A stretch of 38,305 nucleotides of DNA, taken from the IMG/VR virus record IMGVR_UViG_3300026288_000092, positions 1 through 38,305 of that record; one strand, written 5' to 3'. Below are positions 27,053-35,728 of this stretch, one piece after another; position 1 is the first letter of the stretch, and the number at the start of each line of letters is the position of its first letter. Source of the DNA: a virus (Duplodnaviria > Caudoviricetes). Position numbers and translations under genes: made by a program. Below the pieces are notes generated by a model that was given only the letters and a program-made list of their open reading frames with translations, was not told where the DNA came from and did not search any database.

Positions 27053-27362
27053 CGGCCATCTCGTCAGCAGCGAGGCCGGCCACGGAGCCGAAGCACATGG
27101 CTGCGCCCATACGGACGAAGGTGGCAGCGACTTCGCTGAAGCGGTCTTGGGCGTCAGCCGGCAGGGCGTCGAAGGCGGGTAGGAATACGCCCGCTGCCTG
27201 TCCGGCTGCCGCGTACAGCTCCTCCAGGCCAGCTTGCACGAAGCTGCGTTCCGCCACCGCGACATCCGCTAAGGCGGGTTCGCAGGTGTCTTTGAACGCT
27301 CGATAAAACTCGCTCAGCTTGGCCTGGGCCGAGTAGAACTGGGGGGAAAATTGTTTGGGCAT
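27042..27362 (-). CDS. Hypothetical protein
   Basis: AAGGAG SD; 106-aa acidic helical ORF. Confidence 0.65.
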   Translation of the reverse strand: MPKQFSPQFYSAQAKLSEFYRAFKDTCEPALADVAVAERSFVQAGLEELYAAAGQAAGVFLPAFDALPADAQDRFSEVAATFVRMGAAMCFGSVAGLAADEMADAF

Positions 27363-27375
27363 AGCGCTCCTTTGT

Positions 27376-27585
27376 CTAGAGCAGACCCCGCGCGACTAGC
27401 ACGGTTTGGCCTGTGGGTGTGATTCGCCATTGACGCCCGTAGGTGTCCTTGGCTTGGCGTGTGGTGATGTAGCCTTGTGAGGCCAACGCTGCTACTTCCT
27501 GTGCTCGCTCGCGGGAGAAGTCCGACTGGATACTTCGCGGCGCCAGGAACACAAGGTGCAGCGCTTCCAGCGTTTCTCTGTCCAT
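27376..27585 (-). CDS. gp5.7: gp5.7-like host RNAP inhibitor
   Basis: PRSIQSDFSR...VAALASQGYIT...WRITPTG aligns by eye with T7 gp5.7; located after the DNA polymerase. Confidence 0.85.
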   Translation of the reverse strand: MDRETLEALHLVFLAPRSIQSDFSRERAQEVAALASQGYITTRQAKDTYGRQWRITPTGQTVLVARGLL

Positions 27586-27587
27586 GG

Positions 27588-29444
27588 TTAGTGGGTCTCG
27601 GCCCAGGTGTGGCCGATCTTGGATTCGCCATCCGTTGGACAGCGGAAGTTGAATTGCTCACCCGCTTTGCGGACCATCAGCGGCGCCAGTTCGGCGACTT
27701 CGCGGGCTATGGCTTCCGTCCGGCAGGCGATTTGCACCTCGTCGTGGACAAAGGCCACCTGTGCGTAATCCCCGTCAAAACCGTGGATGAAGCCCCTTTC
27801 CTCCATAACTGTGTGGAAATTGATGAGCCATTGCTTGCAGATGACCGCGCCGGCTGACTGCAACAGCGTGTTCAGTGCCGCGTGTTCGGAGCGAATGGGG
27901 ACGATGCGCCGGTCGAGGCCGATGATGTAACCCCTCTTGGAAGCCGCCTTCACCTTGTCGATCAGCATGGACAGAGCCGGCAGTCCAGCGAGGAACTTCG
28001 TGCGCAGGCGCCGCCCGGCCGCTCGGTCTTTCCCAATGATCTGCCCCAGCTTGCCATCCCCGGCCCCGTAGAGGAACGCATAGATGAACGTCTTTGCGTT
28101 CGCTCGGGTGGGCAGGCCGGCAGCTCGCTGGTTGACGGAGTGAATGTCCGTCCCCTTGGATGAGTCGCCTGTCAGCAGGATTCGGGTGTACGCCCCGTCG
28201 TCATAGGGGTGCATGAAGTGGGCGAGGCAGCGCAACTCCAGCCCGGAGGCATCAGCGCCGACGAGCCACCAACCGGGCGGGACAACCCAGCAGGCCCGGC
28301 AGTCCTCGCCATAAGGAGAATCGCTAGAGGGCGTTTGGGAAACGTTGGGGTAGGAGTGTGTGCACCGACCAGTAACCGCGCCGTTTGGCGTGATTGAGCC
28401 ATGGATTTTTCCTTCAGGTGAGACCAGCTTGAGCCATGCGTTGTCCCCGTCTCCCACCTGTCCGATGCGCTTTTGCACCAGGAGGTATTCAACGAGGTCC
28501 GCGACTGGCGGGTAGGGGAGATGTTTAAGAATTTCCTCATCGACCTGGGGCTTTCCACTGGGCGTGAACTCGGTGGGGTCCCAGCCGAACAGGGTCTTAA
28601 GGCGGTTGGCGATGTGGTCACGAGAACCGGGGTTGAACACCAGGGTCTTTTTCTTGACCACGGGAACGCCTTTGACGTAGCCCAGCTTCTTGTTGTTGAC
28701 CTTGGGTGTGAACGGACGAAGCTCCACGGTCCACGGCGGGAACCACCCGGCCAGCTTGTTCTCCAGGGCAGCGCGGCGCTCAACCAGCTTCAGGTACAGG
28801 GAGCGGGCTGCGCCGGAATCGAAGTGAAAGCCGTTCCGCTCTTGCTGGGCCAGGAGCCAAGAGACGCGGTGCTCCAGCTCAAGTGACTGAAGGGCGGGCA
28901 GCTTGGCTTCGATCCGTTCAAGGAGGGCCAGAGTGACCCGAACGTCCTGGGCGCAGTAGTCCAACATCTCCGGGGTGTACTTGTCCCATGCGTCCTCCTG
29001 TTCTCCATAGTCACCCTTCAGGATTCCCAGCCGGTAGCCCCAGGCTTTCAGTGAGTGAGACCCCCAAAGGCTCCCAGGAAGCCGCCTGCTCTTGACCAGA
29101 TTGGTGTCACTCTTTTTGATGTCAGGCCAAACCAGACGGGCGCACGTCAGGGTGTCGATGAGGGCTTCCTGGGGGATGTGGAGTTTGGGAAGGAGCTTGC
29201 GCAGAACGGGGTGGTCGTACTTGATGCCGTTGTGGGCGGCAACTCTGAGGCCGAGGTCCACGTAACGCTGAAGGTCCTCCTGGTAGCGCTTGGTTTCTGT
29301 TGGTGGGTAGCGGTGCTCCTGGCCTGTGCGGCGGTCGAAGATGACAGCGCAATGAAGCGTGTCCACTGTGGACAGGAGCCCGTTTGTCTCCGTGTCCGTA
29401 ACCACATCCGCCAACCAGGGTGTTGGGGCGGTGTCAGCCATCAT
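27588..29444 (-). CDS. gp5: Family A DNA polymerase (gp5)
   Basis: DTETNG exonuclease motif, HSLKAWG, DASGLELRCL, AKTFIYAFLYG, VHDEVQ. Confidence 0.97.
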   Translation of the reverse strand: MMADTAPTPWLADVVTDTETNGLLSTVDTLHCAVIFDRRTGQEHRYPPTETKRYQEDLQRYVDLGLRVAAHNGIKYDHPVLRKLLPKLHIPQEALIDTLTCARLVWPDIKKSDTNLVKSRRLPGSLWGSHSLKAWGYRLGILKGDYGEQEDAWDKYTPEMLDYCAQDVRVTLALLERIEAKLPALQSLELEHRVSWLLAQQERNGFHFDSGAARSLYLKLVERRAALENKLAGWFPPWTVELRPFTPKVNNKKLGYVKGVPVVKKKTLVFNPGSRDHIANRLKTLFGWDPTEFTPSGKPQVDEEILKHLPYPPVADLVEYLLVQKRIGQVGDGDNAWLKLVSPEGKIHGSITPNGAVTGRCTHSYPNVSQTPSSDSPYGEDCRACWVVPPGWWLVGADASGLELRCLAHFMHPYDDGAYTRILLTGDSSKGTDIHSVNQRAAGLPTRANAKTFIYAFLYGAGDGKLGQIIGKDRAAGRRLRTKFLAGLPALSMLIDKVKAASKRGYIIGLDRRIVPIRSEHAALNTLLQSAGAVICKQWLINFHTVMEERGFIHGFDGDYAQVAFVHDEVQIACRTEAIAREVAELAPLMVRKAGEQFNFRCPTDGESKIGHTWAETH

Positions 29445-29878
29445 TGGGTGAGCGTCCAGGTGATGAAGCCGTCCTCAGGGGGCGAATCGTCCACGACGAA
29501 GCCGCAGCCGACGAGGTTCGACATCGAGACGTGGTTGCGGTCCGATGTGTAGGTGTTGATCCGGGTTAGGCCCAGCTCCCAAGCCTTCTTGATCCGGGCG
29601 CTGATGAGGCGCCGTTGAAAGCCCAATCCCCGGTAACCCTCCACGACACCGCAGCGAATCAGATCGGCAGTCAGCTCGTCCAACGGTTTAGTCACCGTCA
29701 GGGCGGCGAAGGCCACAGCCCGGCGACCATCCAGCACCAGCCACCAAAGGGTGTCGTGATCGGTGCCTTCAGGGTCGATGCAGAGGTCCGAGGGGAACAC
29801 CTCCAGTTGCAGACGCTTAAGCCGCTCCACATCCAGTTCGCTGTCAATCCGGGCGGCACGGAGTGTGTATCGCGCCAT
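29441..29878 (-). CDS. GNAT family N-acetyltransferase
   Basis: GVVEGYRGLGFQRRLI (acetyl-CoA motif A) and N..S..NL..CGF. Start re-called at MARYT with GGAG SD. Confidence 0.85.
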   Translation of the reverse strand: MARYTLRAARIDSELDVERLKRLQLEVFPSDLCIDPEGTDHDTLWWLVLDGRRAVAFAALTVTKPLDELTADLIRCGVVEGYRGLGFQRRLISARIKKAWELGLTRINTYTSDRNHVSMSNLVGCGFVVDDSPPEDGFITWTLTQ

Positions 29879-29880
29879 GC

Positions 29881-30159
29881 TCAGAACTCCCGGTATTGGT
29901 CGCGCAGGGACTTCAAGAAGTAGCGGACGTAGCGCTGGCCGGTGGTCTTGTGCCGGCGCGTGTCGCTGACGATGACGTAGAAGGCACGCAACTCGTGGAT
30001 TCGTTTGGTCAGGGACTGCACGCCCAGGTCCAGGATGGCATCGCGCTGGGTGATGCTTCCCGTGGTGTTGAGGTAGCTCAGGAGCGCTTTGCCTTGGGGC
30101 GTCAGGTCCTTCCACACCATCGGTGGAATTTGCACGTTGGCAGGAATACGCTTGGTCAT
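29881..30159 (-). CDS. Winged HTH DNA-binding protein
   Basis: LLSYL...GSITQRDA..LGVQSLTKRIHELR...YVRYFL. Confidence 0.75.
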   Translation of the reverse strand: MTKRIPANVQIPPMVWKDLTPQGKALLSYLNTTGSITQRDAILDLGVQSLTKRIHELRAFYVIVSDTRRHKTTGQRYVRYFLKSLRDQYREF

Positions 30160-30179
30160 TGAGGAGGTCCTTGTTGATC

Positions 30180-30224
30180 GGAAATGGAAAACCCCGCCGG
30201 CCCTAGGTGGGCGCAAGCGGGGTC
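30180..30224 (-). terminator. Terminator-like hairpin
   Basis: ACCCCGC...GCGGGGT followed by TTTCCATTTCC. Confidence 0.55.
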
Positions 30225-30271
30225 TGTGAGGTGAGGAGGGGGGGAGAGCCTTCAGCGGCTCCCTGGGCAGA

Positions 30272-30922
30272 TCAGTAGCCGCCCTTGATGATTTCCCCTA
30301 GGCGGCCGCCCAGGTCCATATTCAGTGCGTTCATCAGGATGGCGCTCGGGTGATAGTCGTCGGCCATGTCCTGGGCCGTGAACGTCCAATCGCCCAGTTC
30401 GACCAGGGGAACATTGCGCAGCGTGGCAACGCGGCGGATGCGGTTGCGAACGTCATCCAGGCGACTGACCGATGTCTGAGTCATGAGGCCACGCACGGGC
30501 AGTACCGGGGGAGTACAGAGGAGCGGCTTGCGGCCTACGCCCTGGCTGATGCTCACCATCGCGTTGATGCAATACTCAAAGTCCTCCAAGGAGAACACAT
30601 ATACACCGTAGGCCATCGCAACGGCCTCGTTGATGCCGTAGCGGAACATCTGGTACTCGGCAATGTCGTATGCGGCGGAGAAGTCGAAGGGTCCCCCCAC
30701 GGTCAGGATGTCGCGCCACGGGCCGGTGTCGGTCATCGCGTGCTGTGCGGTACAGCCACCCACCGAACGGTCATCCAGGACCAGAAACGAACCCCGCCCG
30801 CCAGCACCGATGCTGCTCAGGGGTGAGTACGCTATGCCGGCGTCTTTGACAAAGGCGTTGGACGTGTAGCTGTCACCGAAGATGGAAACGGTTTTCGGGT
30901 TGTATTGAATTGCAGCGGCCAC
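30272..30922 (-). CDS. SGNH/GDSL hydrolase
   Basis: Blocks FGDSYT, VGGCT, YGINE and DDYHP; AAGGAGG SD. Confidence 0.85.
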   Translation of the reverse strand: MAAAIQYNPKTVSIFGDSYTSNAFVKDAGIAYSPLSSIGAGGRGSFLVLDDRSVGGCTAQHAMTDTGPWRDILTVGGPFDFSAAYDIAEYQMFRYGINEAVAMAYGVYVFSLEDFEYCINAMVSISQGVGRKPLLCTPPVLPVRGLMTQTSVSRLDDVRNRIRRVATLRNVPLVELGDWTFTAQDMADDYHPSAILMNALNMDLGGRLGEIIKGGY

Positions 30923-30951
30923 AGGGCCTCCTTATTGTTGAATGCTGAGTT

Positions 30952-30985
30952 AAAAGAAAAGTCCCGGAGTGCGCCGTGCGGGGCG
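30952..30985 (-). terminator. Terminator-like hairpin after helicase
   Basis: GCCCCG...CGGGAC followed by TTTTCTTTT; imperfect stem. Confidence 0.5.
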
Positions 30986-30998
30986 TTGGGCGGCGTGG

Positions 30999-32606
30999 TC
31001 AGAAGTCCGGTGCCGTCTCGTTTTTGAAGGGCGAATCGGCGAATTGCTCGTGCGGTGCGAGACGGCCATCGCCGTGGGAATAGAGAAGGCCCAGGGTCTT
31101 GCCGGTGCTGCGGCCCGTGTTGCGATCCTTCAGAACACGGAACAGGCTCACGCCGCGCTCGCTCTCGTCCTCGGTCTGCTGATTGCGCTCCAGTCCGAAC
31201 ATGAAGTTGGACCAGAAGCCGATGGAGCGGGAGCCCTTGAAGTGCCGGATCATCACGCGACCTCCCTCCTCGTGGGGCTTCCCCTCAGGGGTCGTCAGGT
31301 GCGACACAAGGTGCAGGATGAGGCCCAGCTCGTGGACCAGCCCGGCCAGCTCCTTCATGATCTGTTCCAGGCTGCCCTTCTCATCGGTGGTGTCGGCCAG
31401 GGCCGTGAGGTGGTCGAGGTAGAACACCTTGATGTCCAGGGCTGTAGCCATATACCGGATGTGTCCTTTCACAACATCCCAGTCGGTTTGACCGAACGAG
31501 TCATACACGCATCCTTTGCCGATCAGCCACTCGGAGCCCTGGTCCAGTTCCTCCTGGGTCCACTCGGCGTCCGGGACGTGGAACAGCTTGCCCATGTACT
31601 TGCCAGCGATGCGCTTGCCCAGCTCATCCACAGGCGTCTCCAGGAACACCAGACCGACACGGATACCCTGCGCCATATCGAAGGCGATCTGCTGGGTGAG
31701 CCAGTCGGTCTTACCGATCCCCGTGCCGGCACCGAAGGTGTAGACCTCCTTGTAGCGGCGCCCGTAGGTGGCGGCAGTCAGGCGGTCGTCCCACCAGGGG
31801 AGCCCCATCTCGACGGGCTTCTTGATGCGTTCGATAACGTCCTCGAAAGACAGGAGCCCATCGGGTCGGTACTCCTTGGCGTTCCATATGGCTGAGACTA
31901 TTTCATCTTGGCGCCCGGCCTTCATCAGCTCACTGGGGTCTTTCAGGGCTAGAGTGGCGATCTTGGCCCTGCCCACCGGGAGAATGGCGGCGCATTCTTT
32001 AGCGGCGGCTATACCTGGGTCGTCCTGGTCGAACATGAAAATCACCTCCTCGAACTTTTCCAGGAACGAGAGGTTTCGCTTGATGGCCTTGAGGGCGGCA
32101 GAGGCCCCATTGGGAACAGAGACCACAGGCCACTTGTTGTTCTGCGCCTGCGAGACGGTTAGGCAATCAATCTCGCCCTCGGTGACGACGATCTTGCGCC
32201 CCCCGCCTGACCACAGGTGGGCACCGAACAGGGCTACTTCAGAGAAGTCCCCGAGGGTGCTGAAGTCCTTGCTTGCCGTGCGGACCTTCTGGGCTACGAG
32301 GTCTCCGTCTTGGTCGCGGTAGTTCGCAACTTGGACGGTTTCCCCTTTGTGTGTGGCAACCGAATAGCCGAATTTCGCGCACGTTTCCTCGGTCAATTTG
32401 CGCTTGGGAAGCGCCCGGTATTCCCCGGTCAGTAGGCTGGACATTCGTTTACTCCTTGCGGTTTGAGGGGGTGCGCTGCCGTCGCCTGGAACGTAGTTCT
32501 CACAAGCAAAGCAGTGGGTGTGCCCGTCCGAGTACAGGCTGTTGGCGTCCCGGCTCCCGCAGGCGGTGCATGAGGTGTGGCGGATGAAGTGGGACTCGTC
32601 AGCCAT
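30999..32606 (-). CDS. gp4: DNA primase/helicase (gp4)
   Basis: CxxC/CxxC Zn finger, TEGEIDCL and FDQD TOPRIM motifs, GAGTGIGKT, LDHL, KGSRSI. Start re-called at MADESH. Confidence 0.96.
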   Translation of the reverse strand: MADESHFIRHTSCTACGSRDANSLYSDGHTHCFACENYVPGDGSAPPQTARSKRMSSLLTGEYRALPKRKLTEETCAKFGYSVATHKGETVQVANYRDQDGDLVAQKVRTASKDFSTLGDFSEVALFGAHLWSGGGRKIVVTEGEIDCLTVSQAQNNKWPVVSVPNGASAALKAIKRNLSFLEKFEEVIFMFDQDDPGIAAAKECAAILPVGRAKIATLALKDPSELMKAGRQDEIVSAIWNAKEYRPDGLLSFEDVIERIKKPVEMGLPWWDDRLTAATYGRRYKEVYTFGAGTGIGKTDWLTQQIAFDMAQGIRVGLVFLETPVDELGKRIAGKYMGKLFHVPDAEWTQEELDQGSEWLIGKGCVYDSFGQTDWDVVKGHIRYMATALDIKVFYLDHLTALADTTDEKGSLEQIMKELAGLVHELGLILHLVSHLTTPEGKPHEEGGRVMIRHFKGSRSIGFWSNFMFGLERNQQTEDESERGVSLFRVLKDRNTGRSTGKTLGLLYSHGDGRLAPHEQFADSPFKNETAPDF

Positions 32607-32931
32607 GGCTGGGGAAGAACAGTGCCTTGCCACTGAACTGGAACTGCTCGGCCAGCTCGTGCTCGGCAAACACCTTGACGGCCAGGAATACAGAGCGCAG
32701 CAGGGCGTGCACGCTGTCCTCAAAGTCCCAGGCCCACCAACGGCCCCGGTGCGTCTCCAGTTCCCCGGAGACATTGCAAGGGCCTACGACAACGATTTGG
32801 AACTCGTAGCCCCAAGGCGTGTATCGGTAGTCGATACCGGCGTCCCCTAGGAGACGGGGAAGCTCGATTTCCCGGATAGTTCGGAAGAACCGCGCTCGGG
32901 CCTCGGCTTCAAACAGAGAAGGCTTGTTCAT
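32599..32931 (-). CDS. Phage hypothetical protein
   Basis: GRWW...FLAV..FAEHELAEQF motif; overlaps the primase start. Confidence 0.7.
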   Translation of the reverse strand: MNKPSLFEAEARARFFRTIREIELPRLLGDAGIDYRYTPWGYEFQIVVVGPCNVSGELETHRGRWWAWDFEDSVHALLRSVFLAVKVFAEHELAEQFQFSGKALFFPSHG

Positions 32932-32934
32932 GGC

Positions 32935-32958
32935 AAAAGAAAAGCCCCTTGCGGGGCT
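32935..32958 (-). terminator. Intrinsic terminator
   Basis: AGCCCC-GCAA-GGGGCT followed by TTTCTTTT. Confidence 0.75.
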
Positions 32959-33043
32959 GTGTTGGTTGGTGGCTGCGCCGCAGCATCAGAGGTCAGGACG
33001 TGCGGCGAGTCGGTTGGTGGGGTCGATGTTCTATAGTTGGACG

Positions 33044-33454
33044 ATGAAAAAGTTGTTGTTATTGGCCGCTCTGGTGGCCGTTTTTCAGGTGCCCGTACAC
33101 GCCAAGACCCCTGTCCCTGAGGGTCTTATTCCGAAGATAGTCCCGGCGAAACCAGCCGATAGCGTTGCTGAGGGCTGCTTTCTCGTGGTCCGCTTACTTG
33201 AGCACAAGCAACGCTCAGCAACGCTAAGCGATGCGATGGGGGCAGGCACTTGTCAGGGGTACATCAGGGCAGCGCGGGACCTGGAGTTCGACCACGGCTG
33301 CGAGATGACTCAGATTGGGTCGATAACTGATCCGTACCGACTGTTCGGCGCCGCCATCATTGACCACCGGATCAAACGTCAAATGAGTTACCTCGACGTG
33401 GCGCGGGAAGTTGTCCGTGAACTCAACGGCTGCCCCCCGCTGGAGAAGATGTAG
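33044..33454 (+). CDS. Secreted Cys-containing protein, Rap1a/Tai-like
   Basis: Signal peptide MKKLLLLAALVAVFQVPVHA; four Cys including CQGYI; fills a gap with no minus-strand gene. Confidence 0.7.
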   Translation: MKKLLLLAALVAVFQVPVHAKTPVPEGLIPKIVPAKPADSVAEGCFLVVRLLEHKQRSATLSDAMGAGTCQGYIRAARDLEFDHGCEMTQIGSITDPYRLFGAAIIDHRIKRQMSYLDVAREVVRELNGCPPLEKM

Positions 33455-33460
33455 TCCCCC

Positions 33461-33913
33461 TCAGGTATTCACCTCCTTCCACCATTTGCGCACATCAAAG
33501 CAGGGGCAATCCTTCTTGACTCCTTTGAAGTCGCGGTGACCCTGGATGACGGCCCCACGGTACTGCTTGGAGAGGTCCTTGAGGAGCGCCACTAGGGTCA
33601 CCATCTGCTCCGGCGTGTAGTTGTTCTCGGCGGTCTTGCCATCTTTCTCGGCTACCCCGCCAGCCAAGCAGATGCCCAGGCTGGTGGCGTTGTGGCCGTA
33701 GACGTGTGCACCAATCAAGTCCTGGCCGCGCCCTTCTTCAACGGTGCCGTCTCGGCGGATAACGAAGTGATAACCGATGCAGGCCCAGCCTCTGCCGCGA
33801 TGCCAGCGGTCGATGGTTCGTGCTCCGATGTCTTGGGAGGGTCGGGTGGCGCTCGCATGGACCACGAGGTAGTCCGTGCGGGGGCGTTTTTTGAGTCCGG
33901 CTACGGTGCTCAT
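33461..33913 (-). CDS. gp3.5: N-acetylmuramoyl-L-alanine amidase (T7 lysozyme, gp3.5)
   Basis: VVHASAT, IGYHFVIRRDG, GAHV, GHRD, KDCPCFD. Confidence 0.95.
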   Translation of the reverse strand: MSTVAGLKKRPRTDYLVVHASATRPSQDIGARTIDRWHRGRGWACIGYHFVIRRDGTVEEGRGQDLIGAHVYGHNATSLGICLAGGVAEKDGKTAENNYTPEQMVTLVALLKDLSKQYRGAVIQGHRDFKGVKKDCPCFDVRKWWKEVNT

Positions 33914-34344
33914 GTGTTTTCCTTTCTGGGTTCGTCCAGCCACGCCGGGGGGATTAGCCGGTCGGTGTACTGAAAGCCGTGCTTCGCGCACCACGCGGCA
34001 TAGCTGGTAGGGGAGCCCTTGTAGATGGGCGCTTTGCTCCGTGAGAAAACGAAGCGGATGTCGATGTCTGGGTGCTGGGCGCGGATGAGGAGATGCTTCT
34101 TGCGGTCGGCCGAATCGAAAATTCCCTTGGATTCAATGACGATTCCGTTGGGGAGAACGAAGTCCGGCGTGTACCTGTGGTTTTCGGCGGGGGTCTCATA
34201 CTTGATGACTGACCCCTTGTCCTCGTACAGGACTTCAACACCGATAGATGCCAGTTGAGCTGCGAGCTTTGCTTCCAGCCCGCTCCGGTAAGCGGTGATC
34301 CGCTTGATTGCCTTCCCCCCAGCCGCGCGGCGGGGAGCTGTCAT
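33910..34344 (-). CDS. gp3: Endonuclease I (gp3)
   Basis: YRSGLE, YTPDFVLPNG, ESKG, DRKKHLLIRAQHP. Confidence 0.96.
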   Translation of the reverse strand: MTAPRRAAGGKAIKRITAYRSGLEAKLAAQLASIGVEVLYEDKGSVIKYETPAENHRYTPDFVLPNGIVIESKGIFDSADRKKHLLIRAQHPDIDIRFVFSRSKAPIYKGSPTSYAAWCAKHGFQYTDRLIPPAWLDEPRKENT

Positions 34345-35045
34345 CAGAAGTCCTCGTCACCTGCGGTGTCAGCGGGCACAGCCGCATCGGACACAGCATC
34401 GTCGCCTGCGGCCTCGAATTCGGAGCTGTCGAAGCCGTCGTCCTCCGGCGCAAATCCGAAGCCACCAGCGTCTCGCTGACCACCCTGGACGAGCTTGATG
34501 ACCTGAGCCGCCTTCAGGCGCAGCGAGACACCAGCCGCACCCGTGCCGGGGATGAAGTACGGGTTGGCCGTGAACGATAGGCGACCCTCGCTGCCACCCC
34601 AAATCTCAGGCACCTTTTTGAGGGCCACGCCTCGGGCGTCAAACACGGCCGGGCGCTGGTTCCAGGTGCTCTTGTCCTTGCGCACGCCGCCGGCTCTCAT
34701 GGCGATCTTGATGAGGACGTAGCCCGTGGGCTCCTCGGTCTCCTTGTCGTACTCAGGGGCGCCCACGTCGTTGAAGGTCACCTCCTTCAGCTTCTTGCGT
34801 TGAGCAATCGGCAGCTCTTTGAAGGCGCGGCTTGCTTCTTCACGGGCTTCTTCGATCAGGCCACCCAGCTTCTCGCTGATGAACTTTTCAGCGTCCGCTT
34901 CGGGCAGCTTCAGGGTGACCTTGTACTCACCATCCGGTTTCGGAAACGCCTTGGTCCCGAAGTCGGGCTTGTCCAGGGACGGGTAGACGAACACGCCTCG
35001 GGGGGAGGTGAATTCCAGTGCTCGCTTCTTGGTATCTTTGCTCAT
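34344..35045 (-). CDS. gp2.5: ssDNA-binding protein (gp2.5)
   Basis: FTSPRG...KPDF, GGSEG, GVSLRLKAAQ, acidic tail ending in F. Confidence 0.93.
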   Translation of the reverse strand: MSKDTKKRALEFTSPRGVFVYPSLDKPDFGTKAFPKPDGEYKVTLKLPEADAEKFISEKLGGLIEEAREEASRAFKELPIAQRKKLKEVTFNDVGAPEYDKETEEPTGYVLIKIAMRAGGVRKDKSTWNQRPAVFDARGVALKKVPEIWGGSEGRLSFTANPYFIPGTGAAGVSLRLKAAQVIKLVQGGQRDAGGFGFAPEDDGFDSSEFEAAGDDAVSDAAVPADTAGDEDF

Positions 35046-35059
35046 AGGGCTCTTTCAGG

Positions 35060-35086
35060 GGAAAAGAAAAGCACCTCGTAGGTGCC
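35060..35086 (-). terminator. Intrinsic terminator-like hairpin before SSB
   Basis: GCACCT-ACG-AGGTGC followed by TTTTCTTTTCC. Confidence 0.65.
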
Positions 35087-35108
35087 TTCAGGTTTGTGTG
35101 CTGGGTCG

Positions 35109-35408
35109 TTACACCCAGGTGATGGGATCAGGGGTGATGAACACCGGGATGCCGTACAGCGTGTGGCGGGCAACTAGGGTTTCCTGGTATCCGTGGCTAC
35201 CGATGACCGTGCGGTGGACACGGTGTTTGGCCGTGGGCTTTCCGATGGCCCCGCCTTGCTCGCGCATCTCTAAGCCCCTCATTACGGACGCCCACTCGGG
35301 GGGGCTGAACGTGAACGCTGCGGTGAAGCAGGCACCAGGGAGGGTGCTCTCGGCGGCTTGTCGGCAGGCTTCCGGGATATCTTTGGGATCGAACGACAGA
35401 AGTTGCAT
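35109..35408 (-). CDS. Hypothetical protein
   Basis: AAGGAGG SD before MQLLSF. Confidence 0.6.
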   Translation of the reverse strand: MQLLSFDPKDIPEACRQAAESTLPGACFTAAFTFSPPEWASVMRGLEMREQGGAIGKPTAKHRVHRTVIGSHGYQETLVARHTLYGIPVFITPDPITWV

Positions 35409-35421
35409 CGGCGGTCCTCCT

Positions 35422-35616
35422 TCAGGCGCCGAAAGTGTTCTCGATGGCATCCGCGTCGATGCCGGCTTCCATCAGTTCGGTCCGCAGGTCCACAGGGATG
35501 GGACGCCCCTCGCTCGCCAGCGTGATGGCGCGGCGGGTCTGGATGGCGAACGCGGACGGGTGGTCAGCGCCCATCGGGGGTGTATCAATGGAAGGGACGG
35601 AGTAGTCGAATGCCAT
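35422..35616 (-). CDS. Hypothetical protein, first gene after phage promoter
   Basis: AAGGA SD before MAFDYS; GRPIPVDL..LMEAGID motif. Confidence 0.6.
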   Translation of the reverse strand: MAFDYSVPSIDTPPMGADHPSAFAIQTRRAITLASEGRPIPVDLRTELMEAGIDADAIENTFGA

Positions 35617-35658
35617 GGTGATCCTTTGGTTGGGTGAGGAGGACACCTGACGAAGACG

Positions 35659-35688
35659 CCGGGTTGTCCAATAAGGGTCGTTTTTATT
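35659..35688 (-). promoter_or_regulatory. Phage RNAP promoter (middle)
   Basis: Exact 30-bp copy just downstream of the RNAP gene. Confidence 0.88.
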
Positions 35689-35728
35689 GAAAATCCCGGA
35701 GTAGGGATGGTCACGATTGCGAGAGTGT

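Noticed and set aside
32607..32774. N-terminal extensions given by the ORF track (gp4, also GNAT, amidase, gp14, gp18)
   Set aside because: They overlap upstream genes; downstream ATGs fit family N-termini and SD or coupling patterns better.
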